64,000 bases of DNA, from assembly GCA_965261595.1 (NCBI GenBank), contig CBDHDG010000005.1:1055736-1119735 (forward strand). The letters are read 5' to 3'. This stretch comes from a bacterium (lineage in GTDB: Bacteria; UBA8248; JACPRG01; G963555815). Under the pieces are notes generated by a model. It saw only the letters and a list, made by a program, of their open reading frames with translations, was not told the origin of the DNA and searched no databases. Made by a program: the position numbers and the translations under genes. The number at the start of each line of letters is the position of its first letter. Position 1 is the first letter of the stretch. Positions 1-11,019 of the stretch are shown here, piece after piece.

Positions 1-12
1 GAAGCGGCCGTC

Positions 13-3000
13 GTGCTCTTCCTGAAGCGCTACGGCCGGGCCATGCGCCGCCGGGCCGGAGCCGGCGGCCCGCCCGCCATGCTGGCCCTGCTGCAAAAGA
101 TCGCGGCCCTGGAGCCCTCCCACACGAAGCGATCCGAGTCCCAGGTCCGCCTCCAGCAGTTCTCCACGCCCCTGGGCCTCGCCTATGCGGCCTTGCAGGC
201 GGCCGCCATCCGGCCGGGCGACATCGTGCTCGAACCCAGCGCCGGGACCGGGATCCTCGCCGTCATGGCCGAGTGCGCCCTCGGGGCCGGCGGCGAAGGC
301 GCGCTCCATCTGAACGAGATCGCCGGGGCCCGGGCCGGCCTCCTGGCCCGGCTCTTCCCCAAAGCCGCGGTGACCGGGTTCAACGCCGAGGCCATCGCCG
401 ACCGTCTCCCGGCCGTCCGGCCGACCGTGGTGCTCATGAATCCGCCGTTCTCCGCGAGTCCGGGGGTGCATCGCATCCGCCATGACGCTGACCTGCGCCA
501 CCTGCGCTCGGCCTTCGCCATGCTGGGGCTTGGGGGCCGGCTCGTGGCCGTCACCTCGGCGGGCTGCATGCCCGGGGACAGGGTCTGGAAGGACGCCTTC
601 GAGCGCCTCGATCCCCCGGCCCGCGTCGTCTTCTCCATGGCCATTGACGGCCGGGCCTATGCCAGGCGCGGGACCACCTTCGACACCCGCCTGACCGTGC
701 TCGACCGGAGCGGGGACCGCGAGCATGCCGCGATCGATCCTGCGGCCCGGGCGGACAGCTCCGCCGAGCTCCTCGCCGCGGTCATGACGCGGGTTCCGGC
801 GCGCCTCGCCACTGGCGCTATCGAGATCCCGGATACAGCCGCTCCGATCCGGGACCTTTTCGGCGACACGGCCCCGTTCAAGTCAAAAGAGCGCAAGGCC
901 ACGGCCGCGGCCGCCCACCGGCCGGCCGAAGACAAGGACCGCCGTCACGACTGGGGGCCTGTGTCCGAGCTCGCGTATGCGACGGCCCCGGTCTCCGGCG
1001 ATGCCCCCGCCGGCTCCGAGACCGCTACCGGCCCCTATGCGCCCTGGAAGCCGGGCATTGTCCATGTTCCGGGCGCCGTCGTCCATCCCACGCCCCTGGT
1101 CCAGTCCGCGGCCATGGCCGCCGTCCCGCATCCCGGCCCGTCCTACCGTCCGGTGCTGCCGGAGCGCGTGGTCACCGGCGGGCTCCTGTCCGACGCCCAG
1201 ATCGAGAGCGTCGTCCTGGCCGGCGAGGCCCACAACCGCCACCTCTCCGCCCGCTACCGCATCGGCTCGGGCTGGGAGACGGTCCACCGCTGCAACGACG
1301 ATGATGCCGGGGTCCGTACCACCGGCGAGACCGAGGACGGCGAGGCGCTCTCCGAGACGGTGCGCTTCCGTCGCGGCTGGATGCTGGGCGACGGCACGGG
1401 ATGCGGCAAGGGCAGGCAGGTCGCCGGGATCCTCCTCGACAACCGGCTCCGCGGAAGGAAGCGGGCCCTGTGGCTCTCGCAGTCCGACAAGCTCGTGGAG
1501 GACGCCCGCCGGGACTGGGCCGCCCTCGGGGGGAACGAGGACGACGTGATCCCCTTGGGCAAGTTCCGCCAGGGAGCGGAGATCCCGCTCCCGGAGGGCG
1601 TCCTGTTCGCGACCTACGCCACGCTGCGCTCGCCGGCCCGCCAGGGCAAGGCCTCGAGGCTCGAGCAGATCGTCTCCTGGCTCGCGGGGGGAACGGAAGA
1701 AGACCAGCGTCACGCCTTCGACGGCGTGATCGTGTTCGACGAGGCCCACGCCATGGCCAACGCGGCCGGCTCCAAGGGAGCGCGCGGGGAGGTCAAGCCC
1801 TCGGCCCAGGGACGGGCCGGACTCAGGCTTCAGAACGCGCTGCCCGACGCCCGCGTTCTCTACGTCTCGGCCACGGGCGCCAGCACCGTGCCCGGCCTCT
1901 CCTACGCCGGACGCCTCGGCCTCTGGGGAGCGGGGGAGACGCCCTTCGAGACCCGGGGGGATTTCGTGTCGGCCATGGAGGCTGGAGGCGTCGCCGCCAT
2001 GGAGGTGGTCGCCAGGGACTTGAAAGCCCTCGGGCTCTACCAGGCCAGGGCCCTGGCCTATGACGGGGTGGAGATCGACATCCTGCAGCACCCGCTGGCG
2101 CCTGAGCAGCGGCGCATCTACGACGCCTATGCAGGCGCCTTCAAGGTGATCCACGCCAACCTCCAGGACGCGCTCGAGGCCACCGGCGTCATGCAGGGAG
2201 ACTCGACGCTGAACAGGAACGCCAAGTCCGCGGCCCTGAGCGCCTTCGAGGGGGCGAAACAACGCTTTTTCGGCCACCTGCTGACCGGCATGAAGTGCCC
2301 GTCCCTGATCCGCGCCGTCGAGGCCGATCTCGATGCCGGCCGGTCGGCCGTGATCCAGCTTGTCTCCACGGGCGAGGCCCTGATGGAGCGCCGCATCGCC
2401 GAGATCCCCGCGTCCGAATGGGATGACCTCTCCATCGACCTCACGCCCAGGGAATACGTTCTCGATTTCCTGGCCCACGCCTTCCCGGTGCAGCTCCAGG
2501 AGCCCTTCACCGACGAGGAAGGCAACCTCATGAGCCGGCCCGTGTTCGACACCGACGGCAACCCCGTGCTCTGCCAGGAGGCCCTGGCCAAACGCGAGGC
2601 CCTGATCGGGAAACTGGCCTCCCTTCCGCCCGTGCAGTCGGCCCTGGACCGGATCCTCCACCACTTCGGCCACGAGGCCGTGGCCGAGGTCACGGGCCGG
2701 TCCCGCCGGGTGCTCAGGATCGCGGACGGCCGGGGCGAGCGCCTGGCGCTGCGCAGCCGGCCCGCCTCCGCAAGCCTGACCGAGACCGCCGCCTTCATGG
2801 ACGGGGAGAAGAAGATACTGGTTTTCTCCATGGCCGGCGGCACGGGGCGCAGCTACCACGCGGATCTTGCATGCGGCAACACCGCGCGCCGGGTCCACTA
2901 CCTGCTCGAGCCGGGCTGGCGGGCCGATCAGGCCATACAGGGGCTGGGCCGCACCCACAGGACCCACCAGGCGTCGGCCCCCGTGTTCCGGCCCGTGACC

Positions 3001-4254
3001 ACGGACGTGAAGGGCGAGAGGCGGTTCATCGCCACCATCGCGAGAAGGCTCGACTCCCTCGGGGCCATCACCCGGGGCCAGCGGGACTCCCAGACCGCCA
3101 TGGCCGGCGATGACGCGGCGCTGTTCCGCGAGAGCGACAACCTGGAGAGCCCCTACGCCAAGGCGGCGTTGAGAAGGTTCTACATTGCGCTGTGGCGCGG
3201 CCGCATCCCGGGCTGGTCCCTCGGCCGCTTCGAGGAGGCCACCGGCCTCGCCCTCACCTGGGAGGGAGCGCTCAAGGACGACCTGCCGCCCATGCCCAGG
3301 TTCCTGAACCGCCTGCTGGCGCTGCCCATCGACGAGCAGAACGCGCTCTTCGCCGAACTGGAGTCCCTCATCGCGGAGAACGTCGAGCAGGCGATCGAGG
3401 CCGGCGCCCATGACATCGGCGTGGAGACCCTGCAGGCCGACTCGCTCGCGGTGGCCGGCCGCGAGACCCTCTACACCCACCCCGGGACCGGGGCCGCGAC
3501 CGATCTCGTCGAGATCCTCCTCCGCGACCGGCTGGAGCCGACCCCGGCGGACGCGGCGCTCGAGATCGGGACCCAGGGCGGGGACAGCCGGCCTGAACTC
3601 GTCGTCAACAGCCGCTCGGGACGGGGGGCCGTTGTCCTGCCCGCGCCGTCCAGGATGCTCGACGACGGCGGGGTGCAGGAGCGGGTGCGCCTCCTGCGGC
3701 CCACGGCCCGGGAAGCCATGGCCAGGGCCGAGCTCGAGGCCTCGAACTGGCGCAGGGCCTCGGAGGGGGAGTGGCGTTCCCGCTGGGAGGAGGAGATCGC
3801 CGGCCTGCCGACGCATACCGAGTCCCGCTTCTGGCTCGTCACCGGGCTGCTCCTGCCGATCTGGGACCGGCTCGGAATGGAGAACATGCGCGTGCGCCGG
3901 CTGTTGACCGACGCCGGCGAGGCGATGATCGGCCGCGCGCTCGACGCCGAACAGGTACGGGCCGCGCGCACCTCTTTCGGCCTTGCCGGCGGTCCCGGCA
4001 TGACCCCCCTTGAGACCTTCGAGGCGGTCATGGGGCGAGGCGCGTCCTTCGGCCTCGCGAACGGCTGGCGCCTCGCGCGCCGGCGCATCATGGGGGCCGA
4101 CCGCGTCGAGATCGAGGGTCCCGTTGACGGCGACATCGCCGCGCTCAAGCGCATGGGGTGCATCGTCGAGATCGTCTCCTGGCGCTCACGCCTCTTCGTC
4201 CCCGACGCTGGCGTGCTCGAACGCGTCATCGAGCGCTGGCCCCTCGCGGCCTGA
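13..4254 (+). CDS. Strawberry notch-like protein (methyltransferase-like domain + P-loop NTPase + helicase C-terminal domain); true start may lie upstream of the window
   Basis: Motifs QQFSTP, VLEPSAGTG and MNPPFS (MTase fold); GDGTGCGKGRQ (Walker A); FDEAH; QGLGRTHRTHQ. Confidence 0.88.
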   Translation: MLFLKRYGRAMRRRAGAGGPPAMLALLQKIAALEPSHTKRSESQVRLQQFSTPLGLAYAALQAAAIRPGDIVLEPSAGTGILAVMAECALGAGGEGALHLNEIAGARAGLLARLFPKAAVTGFNAEAIADRLPAVRPTVVLMNPPFSASPGVHRIRHDADLRHLRSAFAMLGLGGRLVAVTSAGCMPGDRVWKDAFERLDPPARVVFSMAIDGRAYARRGTTFDTRLTVLDRSGDREHAAIDPAARADSSAELLAAVMTRVPARLATGAIEIPDTAAPIRDLFGDTAPFKSKERKATAAAAHRPAEDKDRRHDWGPVSELAYATAPVSGDAPAGSETATGPYAPWKPGIVHVPGAVVHPTPLVQSAAMAAVPHPGPSYRPVLPERVVTGGLLSDAQIESVVLAGEAHNRHLSARYRIGSGWETVHRCNDDDAGVRTTGETEDGEALSETVRFRRGWMLGDGTGCGKGRQVAGILLDNRLRGRKRALWLSQSDKLVEDARRDWAALGGNEDDVIPLGKFRQGAEIPLPEGVLFATYATLRSPARQGKASRLEQIVSWLAGGTEEDQRHAFDGVIVFDEAHAMANAAGSKGARGEVKPSAQGRAGLRLQNALPDARVLYVSATGASTVPGLSYAGRLGLWGAGETPFETRGDFVSAMEAGGVAAMEVVARDLKALGLYQARALAYDGVEIDILQHPLAPEQRRIYDAYAGAFKVIHANLQDALEATGVMQGDSTLNRNAKSAALSAFEGAKQRFFGHLLTGMKCPSLIRAVEADLDAGRSAVIQLVSTGEALMERRIAEIPASEWDDLSIDLTPREYVLDFLAHAFPVQLQEPFTDEEGNLMSRPVFDTDGNPVLCQEALAKREALIGKLASLPPVQSALDRILHHFGHEAVAEVTGRSRRVLRIADGRGERLALRSRPASASLTETAAFMDGEKKILVFSMAGGTGRSYHADLACGNTARRVHYLLEPGWRADQAIQGLGRTHRTHQASAPVFRPVTTDVKGERRFIATIARRLDSLGAITRGQRDSQTAMAGDDAALFRESDNLESPYAKAALRRFYIALWRGRIPGWSLGRFEEATGLALTWEGALKDDLPPMPRFLNRLLALPIDEQNALFAELESLIAENVEQAIEAGAHDIGVETLQADSLAVAGRETLYTHPGTGAATDLVEILLRDRLEPTPADAALEIGTQGGDSRPELVVNSRSGRGAVVLPAPSRMLDDGGVQERVRLLRPTAREAMARAELEASNWRRASEGEWRSRWEEEIAGLPTHTESRFWLVTGLLLPIWDRLGMENMRVRRLLTDAGEAMIGRALDAEQVRAARTSFGLAGGPGMTPLETFEAVMGRGASFGLANGWRLARRRIMGADRVEIEGPVDGDIAALKRMGCIVEIVSWRSRLFVPDAGVLERVIERWPLAA

Positions 4255-4434
4255 GCCTGTCCGTACAGCCGGCCCGCCGTCCGCCCGCGGGGGGGGCCGT
4301 TCCACCGCCTTCATCCGTATCGCCGTCCGCCCGGATACGTATCGGCCCGGAGCCGTCTGGAACCCGTATGGCCGGGGGGGGGCCATCACCCACGCCCCCC
4401 GGCGCACCGCCGACACCTCACGGGAGACCCGAAC

Positions 4435-4704
4435 ATGACCGCGCACACCCTGCCGGACAACCCCGACTACGCCTTCTGTCCCGCCTACGGCCTCGCCGAC
4501 GAGCCGCAGCAGATCCGAATCGTCATCGACGGCATGGCGGGCTACGTTCCCACCGCCCTGGTCGCGCTCACCCTCGAGGACGCGGAGCGCATCTGCGACC
4601 GATTGAACGCTCGCCTCGGACTCTCGCGAAAGGACTGGACCGAACTCGCCGCACGGTCCATGCGCGCCGAGAACGGTGCACCGGACAACGAGACCGTGCA
4701 CTGA
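4435..4704 (+). CDS. Small hypothetical protein (89 aa)
   Basis: GGGAGA SD-like motif before ATG; plausible composition; co-oriented with the upstream gene. Confidence 0.6.
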   Translation: MTAHTLPDNPDYAFCPAYGLADEPQQIRIVIDGMAGYVPTALVALTLEDAERICDRLNARLGLSRKDWTELAARSMRAENGAPDNETVH

Positions 4705-4756
4705 GCCGACCGCCATGCGGCGCCCCGAGCGGGTAAAGCAGGGCGCCCGGCCACGC

Positions 4757-4925
4757 TCAGGGGCTCTCGCTTCGAGGTATGATGCACGTTTGTCCGGTAG
4801 CCGTGGCACCAGACCTTTGCGGTCTGCGGATCGGGGCTGGCCGGACGGTGCTCGAAGAAGATGACGTTTGCCTCGACGCCTGGGGCATGGAAGATGCCCG
4901 TTGGCGGCTGCGGGATCGTGTGCAT
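4757..4925 (-). pseudogene. hsdM: Fragment of a type I restriction-modification N6-methyltransferase
   Basis: MHTIPQPPTGIFHAPGVEANVIFFEHRPAS...VWCHGYRTNVHHT resembles the HsdM segment LHTILRLPTGIFYAxGVKANVLFF...YDYRTN; no full ORF. Confidence 0.6.
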
Positions 4926-5314
4926 GCCGGTGGTTGTTCATGGACGCTCCGCCGATCCGGTGAACGCACACCGATGCGAGTCCTTCCCGGCGCATCGTGA
5001 CGCCGAGGGAAGGGAGCGTCCATTCCATCGCCACGGCGCTTCCGAAAATTGCTGCGAATGGTGCATAAGCGTCCTTCGGGTTCCGGCCAGCGTCGACCGC
5101 GGCGGGCTCCCGGCGTTCGCACGGCCGTTCGGAACGGGCCCGAACCGCGGCGGTTGCGGACGGGCCGGCATCGAGACCGCCGGCCGGGCTTCGCTTGCCG
5201 GACCCGGGGTGACGCCGTGTCCGGGGGTCTGCGGAATTCCGCCGGGCGCCTTCGCGCATCCGGGGAGTTCGATCGGGGGCGCCGCAACGCATGGATCTCG
5301 AGGAAGGTTGGGCA

Positions 5315-7111
5315 ATGATGAAGACGAGACACCTGATGATCATGTTGGTCGTCGCGATGACATCGACAGCCGCTCACTCGGAACCGCCCGAAGCCGCGAC
5401 GGCGGCGCGGACCGCCGCACCGGTGACGGTGTACGTGAACGCCCGGGTCCATACCGGGGACGAGGATCTGCCCCGGGCCCGGGCGTTCGTCACGAGGGGC
5501 GACCGGTTCGCCTTTGTCGGCTCTGTCGGGGACGCCCTGCGCTACGCCGCCGGGGAGGGCGGTGTCGTGGACTTGCAGGGACGGTTCGTGATGCCGGGCA
5601 TCATCGACGCGCACACCCACCCCGGCCTGGTCGCCCTCTCGGGCGACCTGTCGGTGCTGGAGGCGGCCCCCGGAGAGAACGAACGGCCCGTCGGGACCGA
5701 CAGGATGCCGTCCAGGCCGAAGGAGGCGACGCTGGCCTGGCTGCGGCGGTACGCCGACGATCACCCGTCGGCCCTCACCATCGTGCAGGGGACATGGGAT
5801 GTGGCCGCGTACCTGCCGCACGGGCCGCACAAGCGGGACCTGGACCGGATTTCGCGCACGAAACCTATCATGCTGCACGACAAATCCGGGCACAGCTACT
5901 GGGTCAATTCGGCGCTGCTCCGGGCGTTGGGCATCGACAGGAACACGCCGGATGTGAGCGCGAACCTGTCGCATTTCGTGCGTGACGCGAACGGAGAGCC
6001 CACCGGCTGGGTCAAGGAGTTCGCACTGATACCGTACGCGGGCGCAATCGTGCCGGACGCCGGTGCGCTGAAGTCGCGGCTGCTCAAGTACCTGAACTAC
6101 AAGTCGAGCATGGGCATCACCACATTGTGGGATGCCGGCAACTTCAACATGGACGACGCGGTATACCGGGCGGCGCACGAAATCGCGAAGGACGGCGACC
6201 TGCCGCTGCGCTGGGAAGGCTCGTACCACATATGGGCGCCGGAGCAGATCGACACCGCGGCGCACTCCCTGCTCCGGCTGAGGGAAGAGTACGGCCACGG
6301 CAAGCTCCGGTTCAACACCGTCAAGATCCATTACGACGGGATGCAGGACATTCTTACCGCCGCCATGCTGGAACCCTATGCCACGGACCCCGGCAACCAC
6401 GGCGCCGTGCTGTTCCCGACGCGGCGGCTGAGCGGCCTGATGCGGGAGCTGGACGGCCACGGCATCGATCTACACCTGCATGCGGCGGGCGACCGGGCGG
6501 TGAGGAACATTCTCGATGCGGTCGAGCAGGCCCGGGCCGCGCTGGGGCGTCCCTTGAGGATCGAGATCACGGCGAGCCATCTGTTCTCGGTCGCCGTGAC
6601 CGATATCGAACGCTTTCGCGCGCTGGACGTGCACGCCAACTTCACGCCGCACTGGTTCGGTGGGACGGTCTTCGGGGACGCCAGGGAAATGAACGTCGGA
6701 GCGGAGCGGGCCGGACGCTCCCAGGTGGTCGGGCGTTTCTTCGAGCGCCGGGCCAATGTGACGCTGTCGAGCGACGTCATCCACGACGCGCGCCGGGTGA
6801 GTCCCTTCATCGGCATCGAGACGAGCATGACCCGGCGGGCGATGGGCGATGCCGCCGCCGCCCCCATGCCGCCGGCCGATGCCGCAATCTCCCTGGAGCA
6901 GGCGCTGGCCGGCTATACCGTCAACGGCGCCGCGCAGCTCGGACTGGAAGAGGAGCTCGGCGCGATACGGGCGGGCTTTCTCGCAGACTTCATCGTCCTG
7001 CCGCGGGACCCGTTCGAGACCGATGTGCGGAGCATCCACGGGATCGTCCCCGCGGCGACGATCGTGGCGGGGGAGCTGCGAAGCGGCGCCCTGGCGCGGG
7101 CGGTGCACTAG
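5315..7111 (+). CDS. Exported metal-dependent amidohydrolase (Amidohydro_3 / YtcJ-like)
   Basis: Signal-peptide-like N-terminus (MKTRHLMIMLVVAMTSTAAHS); DLQGRFVMPGIIDAHTH (HxH), HAAGD, SSD, YTVNGA...ADFIVL. Confidence 0.85.
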   Translation: MMKTRHLMIMLVVAMTSTAAHSEPPEAATAARTAAPVTVYVNARVHTGDEDLPRARAFVTRGDRFAFVGSVGDALRYAAGEGGVVDLQGRFVMPGIIDAHTHPGLVALSGDLSVLEAAPGENERPVGTDRMPSRPKEATLAWLRRYADDHPSALTIVQGTWDVAAYLPHGPHKRDLDRISRTKPIMLHDKSGHSYWVNSALLRALGIDRNTPDVSANLSHFVRDANGEPTGWVKEFALIPYAGAIVPDAGALKSRLLKYLNYKSSMGITTLWDAGNFNMDDAVYRAAHEIAKDGDLPLRWEGSYHIWAPEQIDTAAHSLLRLREEYGHGKLRFNTVKIHYDGMQDILTAAMLEPYATDPGNHGAVLFPTRRLSGLMRELDGHGIDLHLHAAGDRAVRNILDAVEQARAALGRPLRIEITASHLFSVAVTDIERFRALDVHANFTPHWFGGTVFGDAREMNVGAERAGRSQVVGRFFERRANVTLSSDVIHDARRVSPFIGIETSMTRRAMGDAAAAPMPPADAAISLEQALAGYTVNGAAQLGLEEELGAIRAGFLADFIVLPRDPFETDVRSIHGIVPAATIVAGELRSGALARAVH

Positions 7112-7443
7112 GAGACCGGGCGTTCCCCGGGCGCTTACGTTTCGAGCGGCCGATCGCAGCGGCAGGATAAGCGCAGACACCGGATGGAGATCTGACACGA
7201 TCTCATCTCGGCCCCGGACGGACAGGTGCCCGACGGAAGAGGTGGCAGCGCAAATTCGAAGTTGAATTAGGCACCGACATACCGGAGCCTAACAAACATT
7301 GGATGCAGAAGAAGATGTTGGAATCAAGAAAGCCAGACAAATACTGGGTGGAGGGTTTGTTGGTGTATTTTGACCGACCCTTTCCTCACCAAGATTCGGA
7401 TCCTCGCAGAGCCGGGTTTGAAGTTGGTCAACGGATTGAAGAT

Positions 7444-8769
7444 TGAGGTGGTCCCACTTTCTGGACAGTTAGGCGGCCGAGTTAAGGTGTATTCCGTATG
7501 ATGGGTCATGCCGCCAGCGTCCTGTTTGACACGTTTTCCTGTTCCGGTTGAGCCGGCAGAGGGGGCTTGGCCTGCATCTCCAGCAGCATCCCTCTTTCGT
7601 AGGCCTCGGCCGGGGTGGAGTCCGCCAGGGCGGAGTGAGGCCTTTGGGTATCATAAAAGGCCATCCATCGGGAGATGACCCGTTGGGCTTGGAAGCCGTC
7701 GGTGAGCTCGTGCAGGTAGACGGCCTCGTATTTGAGCGAACGCCAGAGGCGCTCGATGAAGATGTTGTCCATGTATCGGCCCCTGCCGTCCATGGAGATG
7801 GCGACGCCGGCGTCTTGGAGGGTCGCGGTGAACGCGAGGCTGGTGAACTGGCTGCCTTGGTCGGTGTTGAAGAGCTGAGGCCGGCCGTAGCGCTCCAGGG
7901 CTTCAGTCAGGGCTTCGACGCAGAAGCGGGCATCGAGGGTGTTGGACAGCCGCCAGGCGAGCACCCGGCGGGTGGCCCAGTCCATGACGGCTACCAGGTA
8001 CAAGAAGCCGCGCTGGACGGGGATGTAGGTGATATCAGCCGTCCAGACCTGATTAGGCCGCTCGATGGCGAGTCCCTTGAGAAGATAGGGATAAACCCGG
8101 TGTTCCGGATGCGCTCTGGTGGTTCTCGGCACCTGATAGATGGCCTGTAGCCCCATCACCCGCATCAGACGCCGAACCCGGTGACGACCGACACGGACTC
8201 CATCCCGCCACAGATGACGCACCATCTGGCGGCTGCCGTAGAACGGGTATTTCAAGAACAACTCATCGATCCGCCGCATCAACGCCAGGTTCTGCGCACT
8301 CTCGCCCTGAGGCGTGTGATATAGCGAGGATCGGCTGATGGAGAGCAAGCGGCATTGACGGCTCAAGCTGAGCTTGGCTTGGGATGGTCGCGCCGGATCA
8401 TGGCCCTGCGTCCCTCCCGGCTCACCACTTGAGCCCTTTGGGCAAAAAATCCCGCTCCACCGTCAACTCCCCGATCTTCGCGTGCAGGTCCCGGATCTCC
8501 GCCTCGTGGTCCCCTCGACTCCGCTCTGCTCCCTTGGAGAATACCTCCTTCATCCCCTCCACCGCCCGCTGCTTCCAGACGCTTACCTGGTTCGGATGAA
8601 CCTTGTGCCGCGTCGCGATCTCATGGACGTCTTGTCCCCGCGCAGTGCTTCCAGCGCTACCTTCGCCTTGAACTCCCCCGTGAACCGCCGTCGTGTGGTC
8701 ATTGCGTATCCCTCCCTCAGTCGGTGGAATACACCTTAGCAACCTGTCCGATTTCCTGGGACCACCTCA
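7444..8769 (-). mobile_element. IS3-family insertion sequence; orfA frameshifted, orfB DDE domain at 7506-8366
   Basis: Terminal IRs TGAGGTGGTCCCA..GGACAG at 7444 and its reverse complement ending at 8769; WTADITY, NTDQGSQF and IERLWRSLKYE motifs; no target duplication seen. Confidence 0.9.
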
Positions 8770-9156
8770 CCAGGTCAAGCTCATCAAAATGGGCGGCCGG
8801 ATTGTGCGCCATGCCCGGCACATCATCTTCCAGTTGGCCGAGGTAGCCGTATCCAGGGAGGTGTTCGCTCTCATCCTGGACCGGATCAACCGATGGCGGC
8901 CCGTACCTGTCTAACCGCTCTCAGCGCAGTCCACCCGAGGACAAAATGGTGAATGTTCTGTCCCTTCCAGATGACCTGCTGGGAAGGCTCGCCTACCCGG
9001 AGGGGTGGCATGATTTTCAATGGTGGATAACGCTCCGATTAGGGTTTCAGGCACCTGAAATGGGATTGACAGGTCCGGGAGAGAGGGGTCTAATTGACTT
9101 AAACAGCAACGAGGGGTCGGTACAGGCCTGTCCGGATTTGATATGGGAAATTCCGG
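8770..9156 (+). mobile_element. IS1380-family 3' remnant truncated by the IS3
   Basis: QVKLIKMGGRIVRHARHIIFQLAEVAV resembles the IS1380 transposase C-terminus (stop at 8914); end-like sequence ATGGGAAATTCCGG at ~9143-9156. Confidence 0.7.
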
Positions 9157-9166
9157 TTGGTATACT
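9138..9166 (+). promoter_or_regulatory. Sigma70-like promoter TTGATA-17bp-TATACT with TGn extended -10, spanning the IS1380 end
   Basis: TTGATA 9138-9143, TATACT 9161-9166, TGG immediately before the -10; ATG at 9174. Confidence 0.55.
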
Positions 9167-9173
9167 CGACGCC

Positions 9174-10658
9174 ATGGAAACGGAACGTTTCTTCGCAGAA
9201 CTGGGCAAGCGACTGGACGAAGTGAGAGAGGCCAACCGCATGGAGTACCAACGGCTCTTCGCCGAGTTGACCCCCCGATTGGAGACGGCGAGAGCCCTGG
9301 AACGGGAGCTCGACAAAAAACTGGCGCGCCGATTCAACGTCCTCGACTACCTGCGGGATGATGAATTGGGGCTTTCCCGGATCATCGCCAATCTGCTCAA
9401 TCGCGATGCAACCCATGGTCAGGGGACGCTGTTTCTCCGGACGTTGCTGGAGAGATTGAAGATCTTGAAAGAGACTCCACGCTGGCCCGACGACCTCGAC
9501 AAGAGCCGGATGACCGTTGAAGTCGAGCGGAGGATCACCGCCGACCGGCGTATTGACGTCTCCGTTGAGATCGTCGGCAACGATGGAGAAACCCACTGTC
9601 TGACCATCGAGAACAAGCCTTACGCTGGCGACCAAAAGAATCAGGTCAAGGACTACCTTGAATACCTTGAGAGGGAATACGGCGACCGGTTCCTTCTGAT
9701 CTACCTCTCTCCCACCGGCGATGGCCCGTCAGATTCGAGCATTCCCAAGACAGAACTAAAGATATGGGAAGGCCGCTTTGTCATCATGCCGTACCATCGA
9801 GGACAAGAGGAGCAGGCGGACGGATTCGAAGCTTTTCGCATTCCGTATTCACTCGCCGGGTGGCTCGGAGAGTGCCGGAAGAACTGCGAAGTGGACCGAC
9901 TGCGCTGGTTCCTGCGCGACGCCGAGACATTTTGCCAACGGACATTTGGAGGCCAAGCCATGACCACCGATAGCGAAACCAATACTGTCCGGGACTTCTT
10001 GTTGTCGGAGCCGTTCAATCCGGAGAAACTGAAAACCGCGAAGGTGGTGCATGATTCCTGGTCCGCTGTCAGGAATGAAGTGTGTGAAAGGTTTCTGGAA
10101 CGACTGTGTCGTCGGATCAAGACGGCCGTAATGGATGAGCTGAAGGATTCCACCGGCGACATGGAGGTTGTCTACGAGTATGACGGTGAGTCCAAGTACT
10201 CATGCGCCGTCTGGCTACATCGGGAATGTTGGGCTCAATACAAAACAGCAGAACAATCCAAACTCGACCGGCGGACCTCAATTGGATTGCAGGCGCATGG
10301 GATAGGACCGAATAAATGGAGGATCGGCATATGCTCTCCAATGCCCAAGGGCAACATGGCGGAAGAAGAGCAGAAACGGCGAGAGTGTCTTGATGAACAG
10401 CTTAAGGACAAGCTTGGTCTGACAAAAAATGATACCTGGTGGCCATGCTGTGACTGGGTGGATGAGAAAAAAGGGGATTGGGATTCACTCATCCCGGATT
10501 TGCATCAGGAGTGCAAAGAGGAAGGCGGCGAGATCACAAAGTACTTCGTTGACAGGTTCACTGAAATTGCGGTGAAGGCGATACCGATAATCGACGGGAT
10601 CGAGGGCCCTGATTCCCAGCCTAACGCCGCGAACCGCGGAATTCCTGCCGCACCTTAG
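9174..10658 (+). CDS. PD-(D/E)XK nuclease family protein (PDDEXK_4-like)
   Basis: ELGLSRIIANLLN..THGQGTLFL, RRIDV...IENKP, DQKNQVKDY; lower GC than the backbone; start reassigned from 8946, which lies inside the IS remnant. Confidence 0.8.
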   Translation: METERFFAELGKRLDEVREANRMEYQRLFAELTPRLETARALERELDKKLARRFNVLDYLRDDELGLSRIIANLLNRDATHGQGTLFLRTLLERLKILKETPRWPDDLDKSRMTVEVERRITADRRIDVSVEIVGNDGETHCLTIENKPYAGDQKNQVKDYLEYLEREYGDRFLLIYLSPTGDGPSDSSIPKTELKIWEGRFVIMPYHRGQEEQADGFEAFRIPYSLAGWLGECRKNCEVDRLRWFLRDAETFCQRTFGGQAMTTDSETNTVRDFLLSEPFNPEKLKTAKVVHDSWSAVRNEVCERFLERLCRRIKTAVMDELKDSTGDMEVVYEYDGESKYSCAVWLHRECWAQYKTAEQSKLDRRTSIGLQAHGIGPNKWRIGICSPMPKGNMAEEEQKRRECLDEQLKDKLGLTKNDTWWPCCDWVDEKKGDWDSLIPDLHQECKEEGGEITKYFVDRFTEIAVKAIPIIDGIEGPDSQPNAANRGIPAAP

Positions 10659-10815
10659 CCTGCCATTCCCACCTGTCTGCGCACGCCGGGCGTCCCGCCT
10701 CGCGAGTTTGTCTGCCTAGCGGGGCGCGGGTCAAATCCTGATCTAGCTGCGCGGGCAGGCAGGCTCGGCGTCTTCCGCTTCGCCCGGCAACGGCGGCGTG
10801 CGGGGACCCGCACCC

Positions 10816-11002
10816 CATCGTCTCTGCAATTACACTCCCAACCTTCTCCGCCGCCTCGACGAGATGCGCGTCGGCGAGCTAGGCGTAGCTCGGGGGCGTG
10901 CTGTGCCGCCGGTTTCCAAGCAGCCTGCCGACCAGCGGCAGGTTTTCGCCGGACATGACGACAAGGCTGGCCATGGCATGCCGAAGATCATCCAACCGCA
11001 GT
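10816..11002 (-). pseudogene. Tyrosine recombinase (phage integrase) C-terminal remnant
   Basis: Hand translation RLDDLRHAMASLVVMSGENLPLVGRLLGNRRHSTPPSYA*LADAHLVEAAEKVG: decayed HxLRH...LLGH...Y motif with an in-frame stop. Confidence 0.75.
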
Positions 11003-11019
11003 CTGACGAGTTTTGCATC

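Noticed and set aside
883..3816. 977-aa minus-strand ORF and similar long antisense ORFs (4757-6460, 31155-33239, 40931-42760, 44097-46091, 46582-49701)
   Set aside because: Shadow frames of real GC-rich genes; no recognisable motifs
7171..7446. Low-GC open frame (..MQKKMLESRKPDKYWVEG..) ending at the IS3
   Set aside because: No clear start or motif; at most an unidentifiable truncated fragment
8946..9173. N-terminal extension of the PD-(D/E)XK ORF
   Set aside because: Lies in the IS1380 3' region; ATG 9174 fits the promoter and protein better
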